DNA of 64,000 nucleotides from Veleropilina oligotropha (GCA_048128005.1 JBEUKZ010000032.1:248001-312000), one strand, 5' to 3'; positions 13,767 to 23,947 are shown, counted from the stretch's first letter. Notes: generated by a model from the sequence alone, not told the origin. Numbers and translations: made by a program.

Positions 13767-16724
13767 TTACTGATTAGAAGACCTCGGTCTAACAATAACC
13801 CTTTGTGCAGCAACACAGTGTAAACTGCTCAGGCCATCAGCCCCTGTTGAGTAGTCGCGCAGATAATGTTTTACAAACACGTTAGCGTTTTTCCAATATC
13901 CGGCCTGTAGTAACGCATTGATATTTAAATTATGTCGGAAGGCTACAGACGCTGCAATAGCCCGGGCCTCATGTGCGCGGACCGATAAAATAGTTCGGTC
14001 TTCGTTGTCACAGCGGATGTATACATCTCTCACTGTCTGTGAAATCCACCGCGAAACAGTAGTCCTCGTAATGTCGCGGGTGTAGGTGGGCAAATACGAT
14101 ATGAATAAACGTAATTTTCCCTGTCGCAACTCACGGGTTCTGTCTAGGTAGAACCGAAGCGCCCGGACCGGGCAATTGAAGCGGTCTGCGTCGCGCCTTC
14201 CGACTAGCGTTAGCTTGGGAATAACAACATCGGGTGCGTCCTCGTTCGGCCGCTGGTTCTTGGCTAAGAAGCCCAGAATGGGACGCAGTATCACCGACCC
14301 GTCTGACTGGAATCGTATGTCTCTTAGCTCGGAGGAGAAAGCATGAATCTCGGAACAACGCCTGCCCGACGCTAAGGCGATCAGAAAAACTGTTTTGTGC
14401 GTCAAGTTCCTCATGGTTATCTCGGACATCGGCTCATACGGGGGTAAGAGTAATGCGTTAAGAATAAGTACGATATTCCAGGCAGGTGGCTTAATTCTTC
14501 GGGTCGGTATCTCGAGTTCGTAAGATCGGATAAAATCTGATATCGTTCGGTCGCTTGATAGGCCAGCATGGGCACGACACTGCTTTAGCGTGGTCGCGAT
14601 CGTTGCCCGATAGCCTTTGACGGCGGACACTGACATACCGCGGTCGAAGAGAGACGATAAAAACTCGATAAACTTGTTCACAGGGGGACGGAGTATATTG
14701 ATCTGCCTGCTGTGACACCAATCCACGTACTTAACCCATCGGTAGTCATAGACTTTTGTAGTGGAAATCCTTCTCGATCGATAGATACGTAAGGCTGTAG
14801 CTTTAGAAAATCCTTTCTTAGCAAGGGATCGTTCGATAACCGCCAGGCGTGTAAACGTAAGTGGTTCGGCGACTCGTGGAGTACACGGGTGCGTGGTTGC
14901 ATTAACAGGTCTAGTTTCTGCGGTAACGCTAACGGTCGATCGACGATCAGATCGAGGAGGGTCGGAAACCAAGGTTGCGTGCGATACAGGGGCGCTATTA
15001 GCGTTATCTCGCAACGTTCGGTCGCTGCCTTCTGTAATACCAGTGATAGAATGCACGTCGGGGGGAAGGCATACGCGGACAGATTCTCCCATGTCATTGA
15101 CATTGCGTCGACCGCTAGGGCGGCCGGGTCTGGGTACGGGGAGACATACAGAGGTAGTCGGTAATTGAATTCTGTTGCAAACAAGTCGACTTGGGGTTGT
15201 GACCACCGGCGACAAACGTCCCGAGCTACTCGGCTGTGTAGCGTCCACTCTGTGTGTATAATCTGTGATCTCCGAGAGAGCGAATCCGCTCTGACATTCA
15301 GCTTTCCCGGGATGTGTCGGGCTCGAATCGTCGAGTTGAGGGACATCACTAAGCGGTGTAGGTCTATTGCTCGGTCGCATAGGGGACGCGAGCGAGTGCC
15401 GCCCTGGTGCTGTATGTAAGCGACGACAGTCGTGTTGTCCGTGGCGAGCATTATATGCTTGTTGCGGAGATGTGACGAGAGGGACCGTACTGACAGGTAG
15501 ACGGCTTCTAACTCTAGGAAGTTGATATGTCGTCCCTGAAGGTCTGTCGGCCATAGGCCTGATGTCTCGTAACTGTCGAGGTGACCACCCCAGCCGTCGT
15601 TCGAAGCGTCTGTGAACAGGTAAGCGTTCGGCTCTGGTGGGGATATAGGAACCGACTGGTCCGGCAAAGCGGGGTTCAACCACACTGCTGTCGTGTCGGT
15701 AAACCAATGCCGTAGATCGATGCGATCCGTCCACTGCCCCGTCCGTTGTATCCAGCGATCCCTGAAAGCCTGTTGTAACGGTCTTTTGTCCATGCGACCC
15801 GTCGGTAGCAGGGGCGCTACCGACTCGATGTGCCCCAGGACAGTGGCCAGTTGTCGCGCCGTAGTTATGTCCGATGACAGGGTGTCTTGGATAACCGCGC
15901 GTAGGTTCCGCATACGCTTCTGGGTCGGCTTCGCGGTGTACCGGACCGTATCGAAGTCGACTCCGAGGAACGTAAACGTCGTCGAGGGCACGAAGCAGGA
16001 TTTTGTCTCGTTGATCTGAAATCCCAGGCGCTTCGTCGATGACAGGGTAAAGCTCGTAGACCGGAGGCACAGATCTCGGGACGCCCCGAGGATCAGCCAG
16101 TCGTCGAGGTACATATGTACCCTGTGCCCTAGAGAGTGTAGGAAGGCCCCCAGGGCCTGTACTGTTCTCGTGAAGACGTACGGGGCTGACGATAGACCGA
16201 ACGGTAGGCACCTGAATTGGTAGATCGTCTCCCCGTGTATAAACCGAAGGTACTGATGAGCCGTGATATGCATCGGGACATGCAGATACGCGTCGGCGAG
16301 ATCGATAGACGCTGCCCAGTCGCCCGGACGGATGGCCGCTCGAATCTTCGAGAGGGTTTCTTGCTGGAATTTCTCGGTACGAAGATATAGGTTTAGGTAC
16401 GAGAGATCGAGGATCGGTCTCCAGCGGCCATCGGGTTTCGGGACCAGGAAGAAATGGCTGTAAAATCCTGGTGTGCTGGGCGGCGCGGGATATATCGCTC
16501 TTTTTAGGAGCAAATCCCGCACTGCCTGGTCTAAGACCGCTTGTTTCTCTCCGTTTAGGAGGCGAGCGTGTCTTGTTGGTGGTGCCTCGGTTAAGGTCGG
16601 ATGCCGGTTGAATGCCAACTTGTATCCGGCACTCACGACTAAGTGGACCCAGTTGCTGTCTGTCAGCTCTAGCCAGGGCTGGCTGTGTGCTAACAGGCAC
16701 GCTCCCACCGGCGGGAGCGGGCAA
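13767..16724 (-). CDS. DIRS tyrosine recombinase ORF (N-terminal part overlaps the RT ORF; true start uncertain)
   Basis: SAM-like domain plus catalytic motifs ASGRRCSEI, HEARAIAAS, AGYW and FVKHY. Confidence 0.92.
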   Translation of the reverse strand: MPAPAGGSVPVSTQPALARADRQQLGPLSRECRIQVGIQPASDLNRGTTNKTRSPPKRRETSGLRPGSAGFAPKKSDISRAAQHTRILQPFLPGPETRWPLETDPRSLVPKPISSYREIPARNPLEDSSGHPSGRLGSVYRSRRRVSACPDAYHGSSVPSVYTRGDDLPIQVPTVRSIVSPVRLHENSTGPGGLPTLSRAQGTYVPRRLADPRGVPRSVPPVYELYPVIDEAPGISDQRDKILLRALDDVYVPRSRLRYGPVHREADPEAYAEPTRGYPRHPVIGHNYGATTGHCPGAHRVGSAPATDGSHGQKTVTTGFQGSLDTTDGAVDGSHRSTALVYRHDSSVVEPRFAGPVGSYIPTRAERLPVHRRFERRLGWSPRQLRDIRPMADRPSGTTYQLPRVRSRLPVSTVPLVTSPQQAYNARHGQHDCRRLHTAPGRHSLASPMRPSNRPTPLSDVPQLDDSSPTHPGKAECQSGFALSEITDYTHRVDATQPSSSGRLSPVVTTPSRLVCNRIQLPTTSVCLPVPRPGRPSGRRNVNDMGESVRVCLPPDVHSITGITEGSDRTLRDNANSAPVSHATLVSDPPRSDRRSTVSVTAETRPVNATTHPCTPRVAEPLTFTRLAVIERSLAKKGFSKATALRIYRSRRISTTKVYDYRWVKYVDWCHSRQINILRPPVNKFIEFLSSLFDRGMSVSAVKGYRATIATTLKQCRAHAGLSSDRTISDFIRSYELEIPTRRIKPPAWNIVLILNALLLPPYEPMSEITMRNLTHKTVFLIALASGRRCSEIHAFSSELRDIRFQSDGSVILRPILGFLAKNQRPNEDAPDVVIPKLTLVGRRDADRFNCPVRALRFYLDRTRELRQGKLRLFISYLPTYTRDITRTTVSRWISQTVRDVYIRCDNEDRTILSVRAHEARAIAASVAFRHNLNINALLQAGYWKNANVFVKHYLRDYSTGADGLSSLHCVAAQRVIVRPRSSNQ

Positions 16725-16960
16725 CTGGGGCCGTCGCGAATGCCGGCAGCCCTAGGGCCGAGGCTTCCCTCTCCCGCTCTGCTTGCGGGATTTCGCTGGA
16801 GGTGCTTGCCTCTTTGGAGTGGGTTTATTGGCCGGAGGCCTACCACCCGAAGAGGGCTTCGCACGCTTAGAAGGCTTCGGGGCCGGGGTGGGCCCGGAGC
16901 GCTTCTTCGAGTTGGCAGGTGGACCCCGGGTGGGGAGCAGTACTGCCTTCTCGATGGCAC
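14678..16960 (-). CDS. DIRS reverse transcriptase-RNase H-methyltransferase-like polyprotein
   Basis: WRPILDL, IDLADAYLH, LPFGLSSAP, YLDD; RNase H FTDAS...INFLELEAV...TDN...N.RADSLSR; C-terminal DLFA...AYAFPP of the DIRS Dam-like MT domain. Confidence 0.95.
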   Translation of the reverse strand: MPSRRQYCSPPGVHLPTRRSAPGPPRPRSLLSVRSPLRVVGLRPINPLQRGKHLQRNPASRAGEGSLGPRAAGIRDGPSCPLPPVGACLLAHSQPWLELTDSNWVHLVVSAGYKLAFNRHPTLTEAPPTRHARLLNGEKQAVLDQAVRDLLLKRAIYPAPPSTPGFYSHFFLVPKPDGRWRPILDLSYLNLYLRTEKFQQETLSKIRAAIRPGDWAASIDLADAYLHVPMHITAHQYLRFIHGETIYQFRCLPFGLSSAPYVFTRTVQALGAFLHSLGHRVHMYLDDWLILGASRDLCLRSTSFTLSSTKRLGFQINETKSCFVPSTTFTFLGVDFDTVRYTAKPTQKRMRNLRAVIQDTLSSDITTARQLATVLGHIESVAPLLPTGRMDKRPLQQAFRDRWIQRTGQWTDRIDLRHWFTDTTAVWLNPALPDQSVPISPPEPNAYLFTDASNDGWGGHLDSYETSGLWPTDLQGRHINFLELEAVYLSVRSLSSHLRNKHIMLATDNTTVVAYIQHQGGTRSRPLCDRAIDLHRLVMSLNSTIRARHIPGKLNVRADSLSRRSQIIHTEWTLHSRVARDVCRRWSQPQVDLFATEFNYRLPLYVSPYPDPAALAVDAMSMTWENLSAYAFPPTCILSLVLQKAATERCEITLIAPLYRTQPWFPTLLDLIVDRPLALPQKLDLLMQPRTRVLHESPNHLRLHAWRLSNDPLLRKDFLKLQPYVSIDREGFPLQKSMTTDGLSTWIGVTAGRSIYSVPL

Positions 16961-19013
16961 GGTCCTTCATGTCCGCCGCTCTCTTGTCAACAAACTCCGT
17001 GAAGTTGTCACCAAAGAGAGTGGTGGCCGAGCAAGGTACGCATCGCAACGAGCGCCGGGTGGGCTCGTCCAGCGAGGTACCTTCCAGGCAAGCATCCCTA
17101 CGAAGTAGGAGGGCATTGCCCAGGACACGTCCCGTCTCCAACGCGCTGGTCTCCTGCGCGGCAGCAACCTCCTGGAGGAAGGACAGGGCAGCCTCGGTGG
17201 CGCCGGGTCCATTCTCCTGTAGTACGGCTATCGCGCCGTCCAAGAAGAAGTCCTGAACAGACGATAGCCGTAGAGCCCGTCGGGCGGCGCTCTCGAAAGC
17301 TTCCAAGGCGGACCAAGGAACTTTCGCTACGGAGGGAGTGTGACTGGCGGTCAGTCGACGCAACGAAGCGTCAACACGAGCCGGCTCAGTCGCCAGGCAC
17401 GGGCCAGTGCATTCGAACGAGATCGCTCGAGTACTGGCCCGGAGGTACCTCCCACTACGGAACCCCGAAGGGAACTCGTTCAGCGGGGAGGACTCCACCG
17501 GATTGCGCCCCTGAACGAGCTTGGTGATCGAGTCTACAACAAGATCCACCAGCCCGGACTGAGGTAAGGAGGGGAGCTCGGGGGCTTCCCTCTCAACAAA
17601 CCGATGTGCTGCCGTCCTATGCTTGGCTACGTCTACAGCCGACCGAGTCGGTTCCGACAAGCCAAGCACCCCGCGAAGTGACGCAACGGCGTCGAGCCTT
17701 CGGCGGGTGGAGGAGGTCGGCTCCTGCGTGCCTGTAAGACTAATGTCTTCGGGCCCGACCGATTCAGGGAGGTCGGTGTGATTTGAACAGAGATCCTCGT
17801 CGGAACGAGGGTCGATGTCTATCACTGAGGCAGGAGCCGTGCTCTGCGCCATGGGCAGAAGTGTAGGTACCAGGTGCGGCTCGGGAGCCGTCGGCCAGGC
17901 CTTACACCGTTCCTCGATCCCCGCCGCGATCCATGCCTGGACGTTCTCAAAAGAGAAACCCGGAGGCAGGACGGGCGACGAACTAACAGCCGGTAGTTCT
18001 GTCGAGGTAACCGTGGCGCTAGGTAGACGGGCTGCACGGACAGGTGGTACCGAGGACCAGGGTCCACGGGCACTTGTCGAGGGGTCGAACCCGAAGGACT
18101 GGCCCGGAGGCGCAGTCAGTGGGCCGGACGACCGATAGGACTGCGGCAACAGTTCTGATCGGTCTACCACTCTGTTCGAGCGAGGCACGGACGGAAAACC
18201 GCCGTAGAACCCCGTCCCGAACGCAGCCGGTCTGTCCACGTCCTCTAGCGTGACCACGTAGGGTGCACGGGAGAGACCGGGCCCTCTGAACGTCTCGTGA
18301 GCCTCGAGGTTGAGCGGAAAACCCCTAGGGGAAGTCGCGTCGGTCTCGAGCGAGGATTCAGGTTTCGCCGATTGTCCGAGTCTTCGACCTACAAGTAGGT
18401 GCTCGGCCTCTTTAAAGGCTTTCTCTGCATTGGTTCTTTCACCGTCGCTAGACGGAGAGTGTACCGCAGAAGGACTAACTGTCCCCTTATTCTTCGAGGC
18501 CGAAGAAAAGGATGGGGATGGTCTGCCCTGTACAGCTGTTCGCTGCGCTGTCATGTATACCTTGCTAGCCGGCAAGGTATGGCTGACTGCAGCTACTAGG
18601 CCCGGTTTTGGAGGATCGGTCGACACTCGGGTCTTTACCTGAATCTGGGGTACCGGCAAGGTTTCGGTGACTCCCCCAAGAGTCGCGGAGGTTTCGCCGG
18701 TGGATCCGGCGACAGACGTCCCCTTGTGTCGGCTGTCGTCCAGCGTCCCTGAAGCAGACAAAGAAGAAACGTTAGGTAACTTACCGGTCTCTTCCTGACC
18801 CTTCTCCGGGGGAGGACCCACCGTGGCAGTCGCCCTGGTCGACTTACCGTGGTGAGACAGGGTGGCCCACTGCTTATCTGATAGAAGAAAGCACAGATCA
18901 CATTGATGATGTATACTACAGCTACGGTGAGTACAACATTCCTTGTGCCTATCAAATGCGTGAATTTTCTGGTTACACCCGGAGCTACTGCACCGGACCA
19001 TAGCTAAATACAC
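16752..19013 (-). CDS. DIRS gag-like ORF1
   Basis: 753 aa; N-terminal Cys/His cluster, low-complexity middle, LLRRDA-containing helical region, basic C-terminus; lies upstream of RT. Confidence 0.85.
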   Translation of the reverse strand: MYLAMVRCSSSGCNQKIHAFDRHKECCTHRSCSIHHQCDLCFLLSDKQWATLSHHGKSTRATATVGPPPEKGQEETGKLPNVSSLSASGTLDDSRHKGTSVAGSTGETSATLGGVTETLPVPQIQVKTRVSTDPPKPGLVAAVSHTLPASKVYMTAQRTAVQGRPSPSFSSASKNKGTVSPSAVHSPSSDGERTNAEKAFKEAEHLLVGRRLGQSAKPESSLETDATSPRGFPLNLEAHETFRGPGLSRAPYVVTLEDVDRPAAFGTGFYGGFPSVPRSNRVVDRSELLPQSYRSSGPLTAPPGQSFGFDPSTSARGPWSSVPPVRAARLPSATVTSTELPAVSSSPVLPPGFSFENVQAWIAAGIEERCKAWPTAPEPHLVPTLLPMAQSTAPASVIDIDPRSDEDLCSNHTDLPESVGPEDISLTGTQEPTSSTRRRLDAVASLRGVLGLSEPTRSAVDVAKHRTAAHRFVEREAPELPSLPQSGLVDLVVDSITKLVQGRNPVESSPLNEFPSGFRSGRYLRASTRAISFECTGPCLATEPARVDASLRRLTASHTPSVAKVPWSALEAFESAARRALRLSSVQDFFLDGAIAVLQENGPGATEAALSFLQEVAAAQETSALETGRVLGNALLLRRDACLEGTSLDEPTRRSLRCVPCSATTLFGDNFTEFVDKRAADMKDRAIEKAVLLPTRGPPANSKKRSGPTPAPKPSKRAKPSSGGRPPANKPTPKRQAPPAKSRKQSGRGKPRP

Positions 19014-19778
19014 GGGAGGGTGGACGTGGGTAGGCGGGGTAGTAAATAGGTATATATATGGTAGTTGAGACTTCTTTCCTTGGAGGGAGTACTACGACAA
19101 CTCACAGAATTGTCCTGATCTGAAGATTAGAGATCAAGCGATATACCGTTAGTAAAACCCCGAACTGGGAACACCGAGGTCGGGTATTTTACCCGACCGA
19201 CCCGGTAACCCGGCAAATTGACTAAAACAAAAGGAGGTTCTTTCCTCGAAAAAACCCGCCCAGAAAAACACCTGAAAACCTCGTGGATGTTTTATGTTAG
19301 TACAATGGCGTATTATCCCCGCAACGGCAGGATATCAGAAAATTAACGCAAGCTTAATATCAAAAGATCCTGCCTTTTAACAACGCTAGAAAATTTTTAT
19401 ATAATAAATAACCAGCAAATAGCGTTGTTAAGGAATTATCCAATATAATGAGTTACCTGTTTGCAGTCTCAAACAATATCAGATAATTATACCGACCAGA
19501 AATTTCAGCTACACTCGAAACTTTCCCTCTAAGCGGCCATCTTTAACGGCCACGGCGTCCTTGACGACGATGTCGGTTTCCTTTGATGTCCAGAACTTTC
19601 TTTGAAGTTTTGAGAATCACTCTTCTATATTCACATGTGCTTTGTATCCACAACACAGGGTTATATTCCACTACTTATATGCTATATAAGCAGAAACTGC
19701 GCCCAGATTTAACGTGAAATCGGGCGCCTATATCGAAATATTTGCGGAGCAAAACAACGTCTTTCCGCGACAGCGGAA

Positions 19779-19985
19779 AACTTTGAATTGAGGTCTTGTG
19801 ACTTCTATTGTTCAGAAGTCTCGCGAGACTTGGCGAAGTCTCGCTAGGAACGTGATGGGGTAGGAGCAGGGGAGGTAACCGTGTACGTTTTTGACTTATT
19901 AAGAGTGCATTATGGGACATATTCACTATTTCCGGTTTGGCGATAATATAACTATTATGGCAAGAGTAAGGACGTAAGTATGTTT
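19779..19985. repeat. DIRS copy 1 5' ITR
   Basis: Reverse complement of 12574-12780. Confidence 0.92.
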
Positions 19986-20461
19986 GTAACTATATATACG
20001 ACAGTAGACATTTCTAGTTGCAGGATCGTGCAGTATTGCAATAATTGTAACAGCCATCTCATCAATGATCATTAGACATGCATGTCAACAGACTGTGCTG
20101 AGTGTAGTCATGCTAGCTGGCTATTATACAGTAGCCATGCAGTTTGGGTCAAATCAGGACAGGAGGTAATCCCAGCTTAGGAGCTAGGAGGCTGGCAGTA
20201 TAAACAAACGCTCATCCAAGAGATACAGGAGGGCTGGTTACAAGCTGACGTGTACAACAAAATATGTCTATAACATCAGTCGAAAAAACAGTATTATTCA
20301 CTCATATGCAAGAAGATCTTATCCAGCTTACTAACGTGGTATTCATATGTTGACATGCCTGTTGGAATGTTTTGTTTGTGTGCGTGTATTTCCCATTTTA
20401 ACAGACCTATGCATGTTGTATGAAGACATACATAGAGGATCTCAATGGAGTGTCCATTTCA

Positions 20462-21289
20462 GGTATACGGACAATACCCCAATAGGACAAAACCCCAATA
20501 GGACAAAACCCCAATGGACAAAACACCAATGGTTAAAAAGCCCCTTAGGACAAAACCCCAATGGTCACATAAAATCTAACAAATAAAAAATATATTATTT
20601 TTATTATATACACTTATTATATAAATATATTATACACACTTATTATATAAATATATTATATACACTGATTTATTAGCAGCTCAATGTAGCCTAATGCAAT
20701 GTCCAATGCCATGGAGGAACTCCTCAATTGTTTTGCTGTCAAATACAAATGCACTGCACAAGGTTCTCAAATGTCATAATCCACAAGAAGATTATATGTC
20801 AATATTGTCTAGACAACTCATGAAGTGGTATGTTTTACAACTACAAAGTGTTTCAACTCATTCATTCGTTTCTTTTGATGTCCAAGAAAGGGGATGATAA
20901 TCCCAAACCATTGAGCCAAGGTGAAGGTAATGATAATCCCAAACCATTGAGCCAAGGTGAAGATGATGATAATCCCAAACTATGGAGCCAAGGTGAAGAT
21001 AATCTCTAAATCCATTAAAGCTATACCTAATTAGCATTCATATTATGAGCAAATTAAGAATGTCAATATAATGTTATAATCATCTAGCAAAAATATAAAC
21101 GGGTAGTTAATGTTAACTTTTATTAACATATTCCTTTTTGCTTTTTATATATATCATGTAAAAAATAACACCATTGGGGTTTTGTCCTAAGGGGCTTTTT
21201 TAGCATTGGGGTTTTGTCCTATTGGGTTATTGTCCATGTGGTTTTTGTCCCATTGGGGTTTTGTCCTATTGGGGTTTTGTCCTACATTC
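20462..21289. mobile_element. Non-autonomous Mutator-like element
   Basis: Ends built of GGACAAAACCCCAAT subrepeats in inverted orientation; 9-bp TSD TCCATTTCA at 20453-20461 and 21290-21298. Confidence 0.75.
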
Positions 21290-21684
21290 TCCATTTCATA
21301 TGAGAATTATGAAACGAATCGGGCACAATTTATACGAGTTTCATAATTCTCATATGAAATGGAAACGAGTTTGAGATCTTTATCGCATGACTTTATTTAC
21401 CTTTAAACTTATTTTTTTACATTTTTAAACTCATTTCTTTACGTTTTTAAACTTAATTCTGTCAGTACTCTCAGTCATAAAATGGCATCAAAATGGCAGG
21501 CTCAGATGCATCACGCCTCGACAGCACGTACCACACCAAAATACATATATATAAGCCAATAAAAATAGTTCCACATCTATGTTTTGTCAGCAGACGACGA
21601 GACAACGCGTATCCATGGATTATTCAATATGTTAATTAGGGTGATGTGCCCCCAAATGAAATCCGCACGAGATGAGACTAGACA

Positions 21685-21883
21685 AGCAGCAGGGGGGGTG
21701 ATTGGACTTTTTAGAATGGAAAAATAAGGCTCCCAGCACCTGTTCAGAACTGAGCTGGTATTACTGGGGGGGGCTAGGGAGTTAGGGTGGGGCCCGGGGG
21801 CCCGGGGGTGGGGGCTCCCAGCACCTGTTCAGACCCGAGGGTATAGCGTGTATTACAAAAAGTCACTGTGTGTACAGAGCAGG
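21685..21883. repeat. Left TIR of the endogenous virus
   Basis: Reverse complement of 36946-37144 with scattered mismatches. Confidence 0.95.
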
Positions 21884-22141
21884 TAGCTTATGATAGTCTA
21901 TGTGTCAATGGTATTGTGTCAATGGTGTATTCATAGCCCGTGGCTGACCTAGTGCTCCCGTTATCGAGAAGCCACGTGACGATGAGTCGACGAGATTACT
22001 GTCCACCACGTAAACAAGGGGACCGATTTTTTTTTTCTGTGCTAATCGGAAGTGTGGGGACCAAAATAATGTTTCTGGACCAACTAGTTTTAACTGGGCT
22101 AACGTCGGCAAAGTTCGCAGCTGTCGCATGAAATTCCTGTT

Positions 22142-22411
22142 TGCGATTCGCCTAATAATACACGTGACCATGATGTGAAGGTATCCATGGGCACTGTTCG
22201 ACTAGGCATTCAACGCAAATGCACTGCAAGGTATTTCATTCATAAATCGGACAATGGATCGACCTGAAAAGTATGCGATTCGCCTAATACTACACACGAC
22301 CAAGGTATCCATGGGCACGTTCGCGACTAGGCATTCAGCGCCAACAATATCTATTGATGCGAGGTATTTCATTCATAAATCGGACAATGGGTCGACGACA
22401 GCGACCTGAAA
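22142..22411. repeat. Imperfect ~130-bp tandem duplication in the viral left non-coding region
   Basis: TGCGATTCGCCTAATA...AAGGTATCCATGGGCAC...GGTATTTCATTCATAAATCGGACAATGG...GACCTGAAAA at 22142 and 22274. Confidence 0.85.
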
Positions 22412-22432
22412 AATATGTTAGGTCACAGCTGT

Positions 22433-22861
22433 TTATATAAATATATAGTTACCGCTTGCTAGAGTGCAATTGCACGACGACTGTTGTCCAATTTGATTCC
22501 ACGAACCCCTGCAGCCCGTAGACACCATGGAGAAGTAATGCCCGCGTTTACCACGGCATAAGGACGGCTCGGCGCACTCGATGCAAACCACAGTATGTGG
22601 GTCGGGGGGAGCCCCCACCCCACACTCATTATCTCCGATAATAAAGTAGTGACATGAGGGTGGGGTTACATCAGGGGGGTCTCCCAGGCGTAGTCGCAAG
22701 TTTCTTCGCAAGGGGTCCAGTCGTATATTGTACCGGGGGTCATTTCGATACCTAGCCCACGTGTGTTCGAGAATTAATGCAGTGTTGTGTGTCGACGTCT
22801 GGGTGGAGACACCCCCTAGCCAGCACACCGCGGCAATGCACAGAAGTAGCATGGATTTCAT
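22433..22861 (-). CDS. Small secreted cysteine-rich protein, unknown function
   Basis: Signal-peptide-like MKSMLLLCIAAVCWLGGVST; 8 Cys in the C-terminal half. Confidence 0.65.
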   Translation of the reverse strand: MKSMLLLCIAAVCWLGGVSTQTSTHNTALILEHTWARYRNDPRYNIRLDPLRRNLRLRLGDPPDVTPPSCHYFIIGDNECGVGAPPDPHTVVCIECAEPSLCRGKRGHYFSMVSTGCRGSWNQIGQQSSCNCTLASGNYIFI

Positions 22862-22942
22862 GGTTGTCAGATATCACTGTCCAGTTCAAGCTTTAATACG
22901 GGGGAGGGGGGTCCCCACCCACCCCACGCTCCACCTGGATAG

Positions 22943-23575
22943 TTAGTCGCCAGCTCCGATTTTTTTCAGCAGCTCTGCGCGACCCTCTAAACGACCACGC
23001 TCAATAAGCTCGCTCTGGGTCTGTGAAATCGCGGTGTGCGCCTTTAGACTTTTGAGACGCAGGGCGGCTTTCAATGTCAGATACTTTTCCATCTCCCCTG
23101 TGACCATTTGGAATTCATCATCAGACATCACCCCGTCCGCTAAGGCCTTTGAGACGTGGTCGGTTATGGTATTCAGTTTGCTCTCGGCCAGTACTCGGAT
23201 CTCGTCGTGTTTTTTCGCCTTCACCCCGAGGCGTCGGCTAATGTATTTTCCACCCATACTAGCGAGCCCACACCCTAACGCCGCTAATTCCAGCACTAGG
23301 ACCACGGGTGCGGCAACGATTGTGGAAAGTAGACCAATTCCAGCGCTACCCATACCGAGGGTCGCCACGACCAGGGCCGAATCGATCCCGTCAACGACGT
23401 TAACGCCTCGGCGGTATTTTTTATATAGTGCAGCTCTTGTGTCTCGTTCTCGTTCTAACTGTCCCTGAAGCTCATTCACTTTTTGCAGTCGGAAAGACTG
23501 TGCCTCCGGAACTTCCGAAAGCACATCGCCATCAAGCTGTGGGTACAGCGTTGGCGCTGATGGCTTGCTGTCCAT
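22943..23575 (-). CDS. Membrane protein with PSAP/LYPxL motifs, a hydrophobic hairpin and coiled coils
   Basis: MDSKPSAPTLYPQL; long hydrophobic tract ALVVATLGMGSAGIGLLSTIVAAPVVLVLELAALGCGLASM. Confidence 0.8.
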   Translation of the reverse strand: MDSKPSAPTLYPQLDGDVLSEVPEAQSFRLQKVNELQGQLERERDTRAALYKKYRRGVNVVDGIDSALVVATLGMGSAGIGLLSTIVAAPVVLVLELAALGCGLASMGGKYISRRLGVKAKKHDEIRVLAESKLNTITDHVSKALADGVMSDDEFQMVTGEMEKYLTLKAALRLKSLKAHTAISQTQSELIERGRLEGRAELLKKIGAGD

Positions 23576-23947
23576 CACAATACTACGTGGCTGTATTGTT
23601 CAGCCTGTTGATTCCCCATGTCTACCGTTACGTTCAAATACATGGTCCCCACCCACGGGGCCTTGATGATGAAGACGAGGGTCAACCTGTCCGAATTCAG
23701 GCCAAGCTTACTTATGGAACATGCTTTGGGGCCCCCGGCAGGGCTGGACCGGCGTCAGGTGGATCATTAGGAGGGCTGGGTTTAACCCAAACCGACCTCC
23801 AGCGTTTGGGATCATGAACTCCCTCTTCGCCAGCCCCTTCTTGGGCGCTTCCCCACAATTAAGAACGAAGTGCCACCGGGTTGGGGAAGAGGGCTCATCT
23901 GCAAGCAGGGGGAGGGGGGGGAGGGTCCCATAGATGCTGGCGCTCAT
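23575..23947 (-). pseudogene. Small viral ORF (~123 codons) broken by one frameshift near 23745
   Basis: ORF 23708-23947 continues in another frame as AGGPKACSISKLGLNSDRLTLVFIIKAPWVGTMYLNVTVDMGNQQAEQYSHVVL*, whose TGA overlaps the next ATG (TGATG). Confidence 0.55.

Larger units (their letters stand above)
12541..19997 (-). mobile_element. DIRS1-type tyrosine-recombinase retrotransposon, copy 1, full length and apparently intact
   Basis: Inverted terminal repeats 12574-12780 / 19779-19985; internal complementary region 12841-12931; open gag, RT-RNaseH-MT and YR ORFs; no conventional TSD. Confidence 0.95.

Noticed and set aside
21679..21684. 6-bp TSD reading (TAGACA)
   Set aside because: It would use the terminal T of the right TIR and make the ends asymmetric; 5-bp AGACA is preferred, though an empty site is needed to be sure
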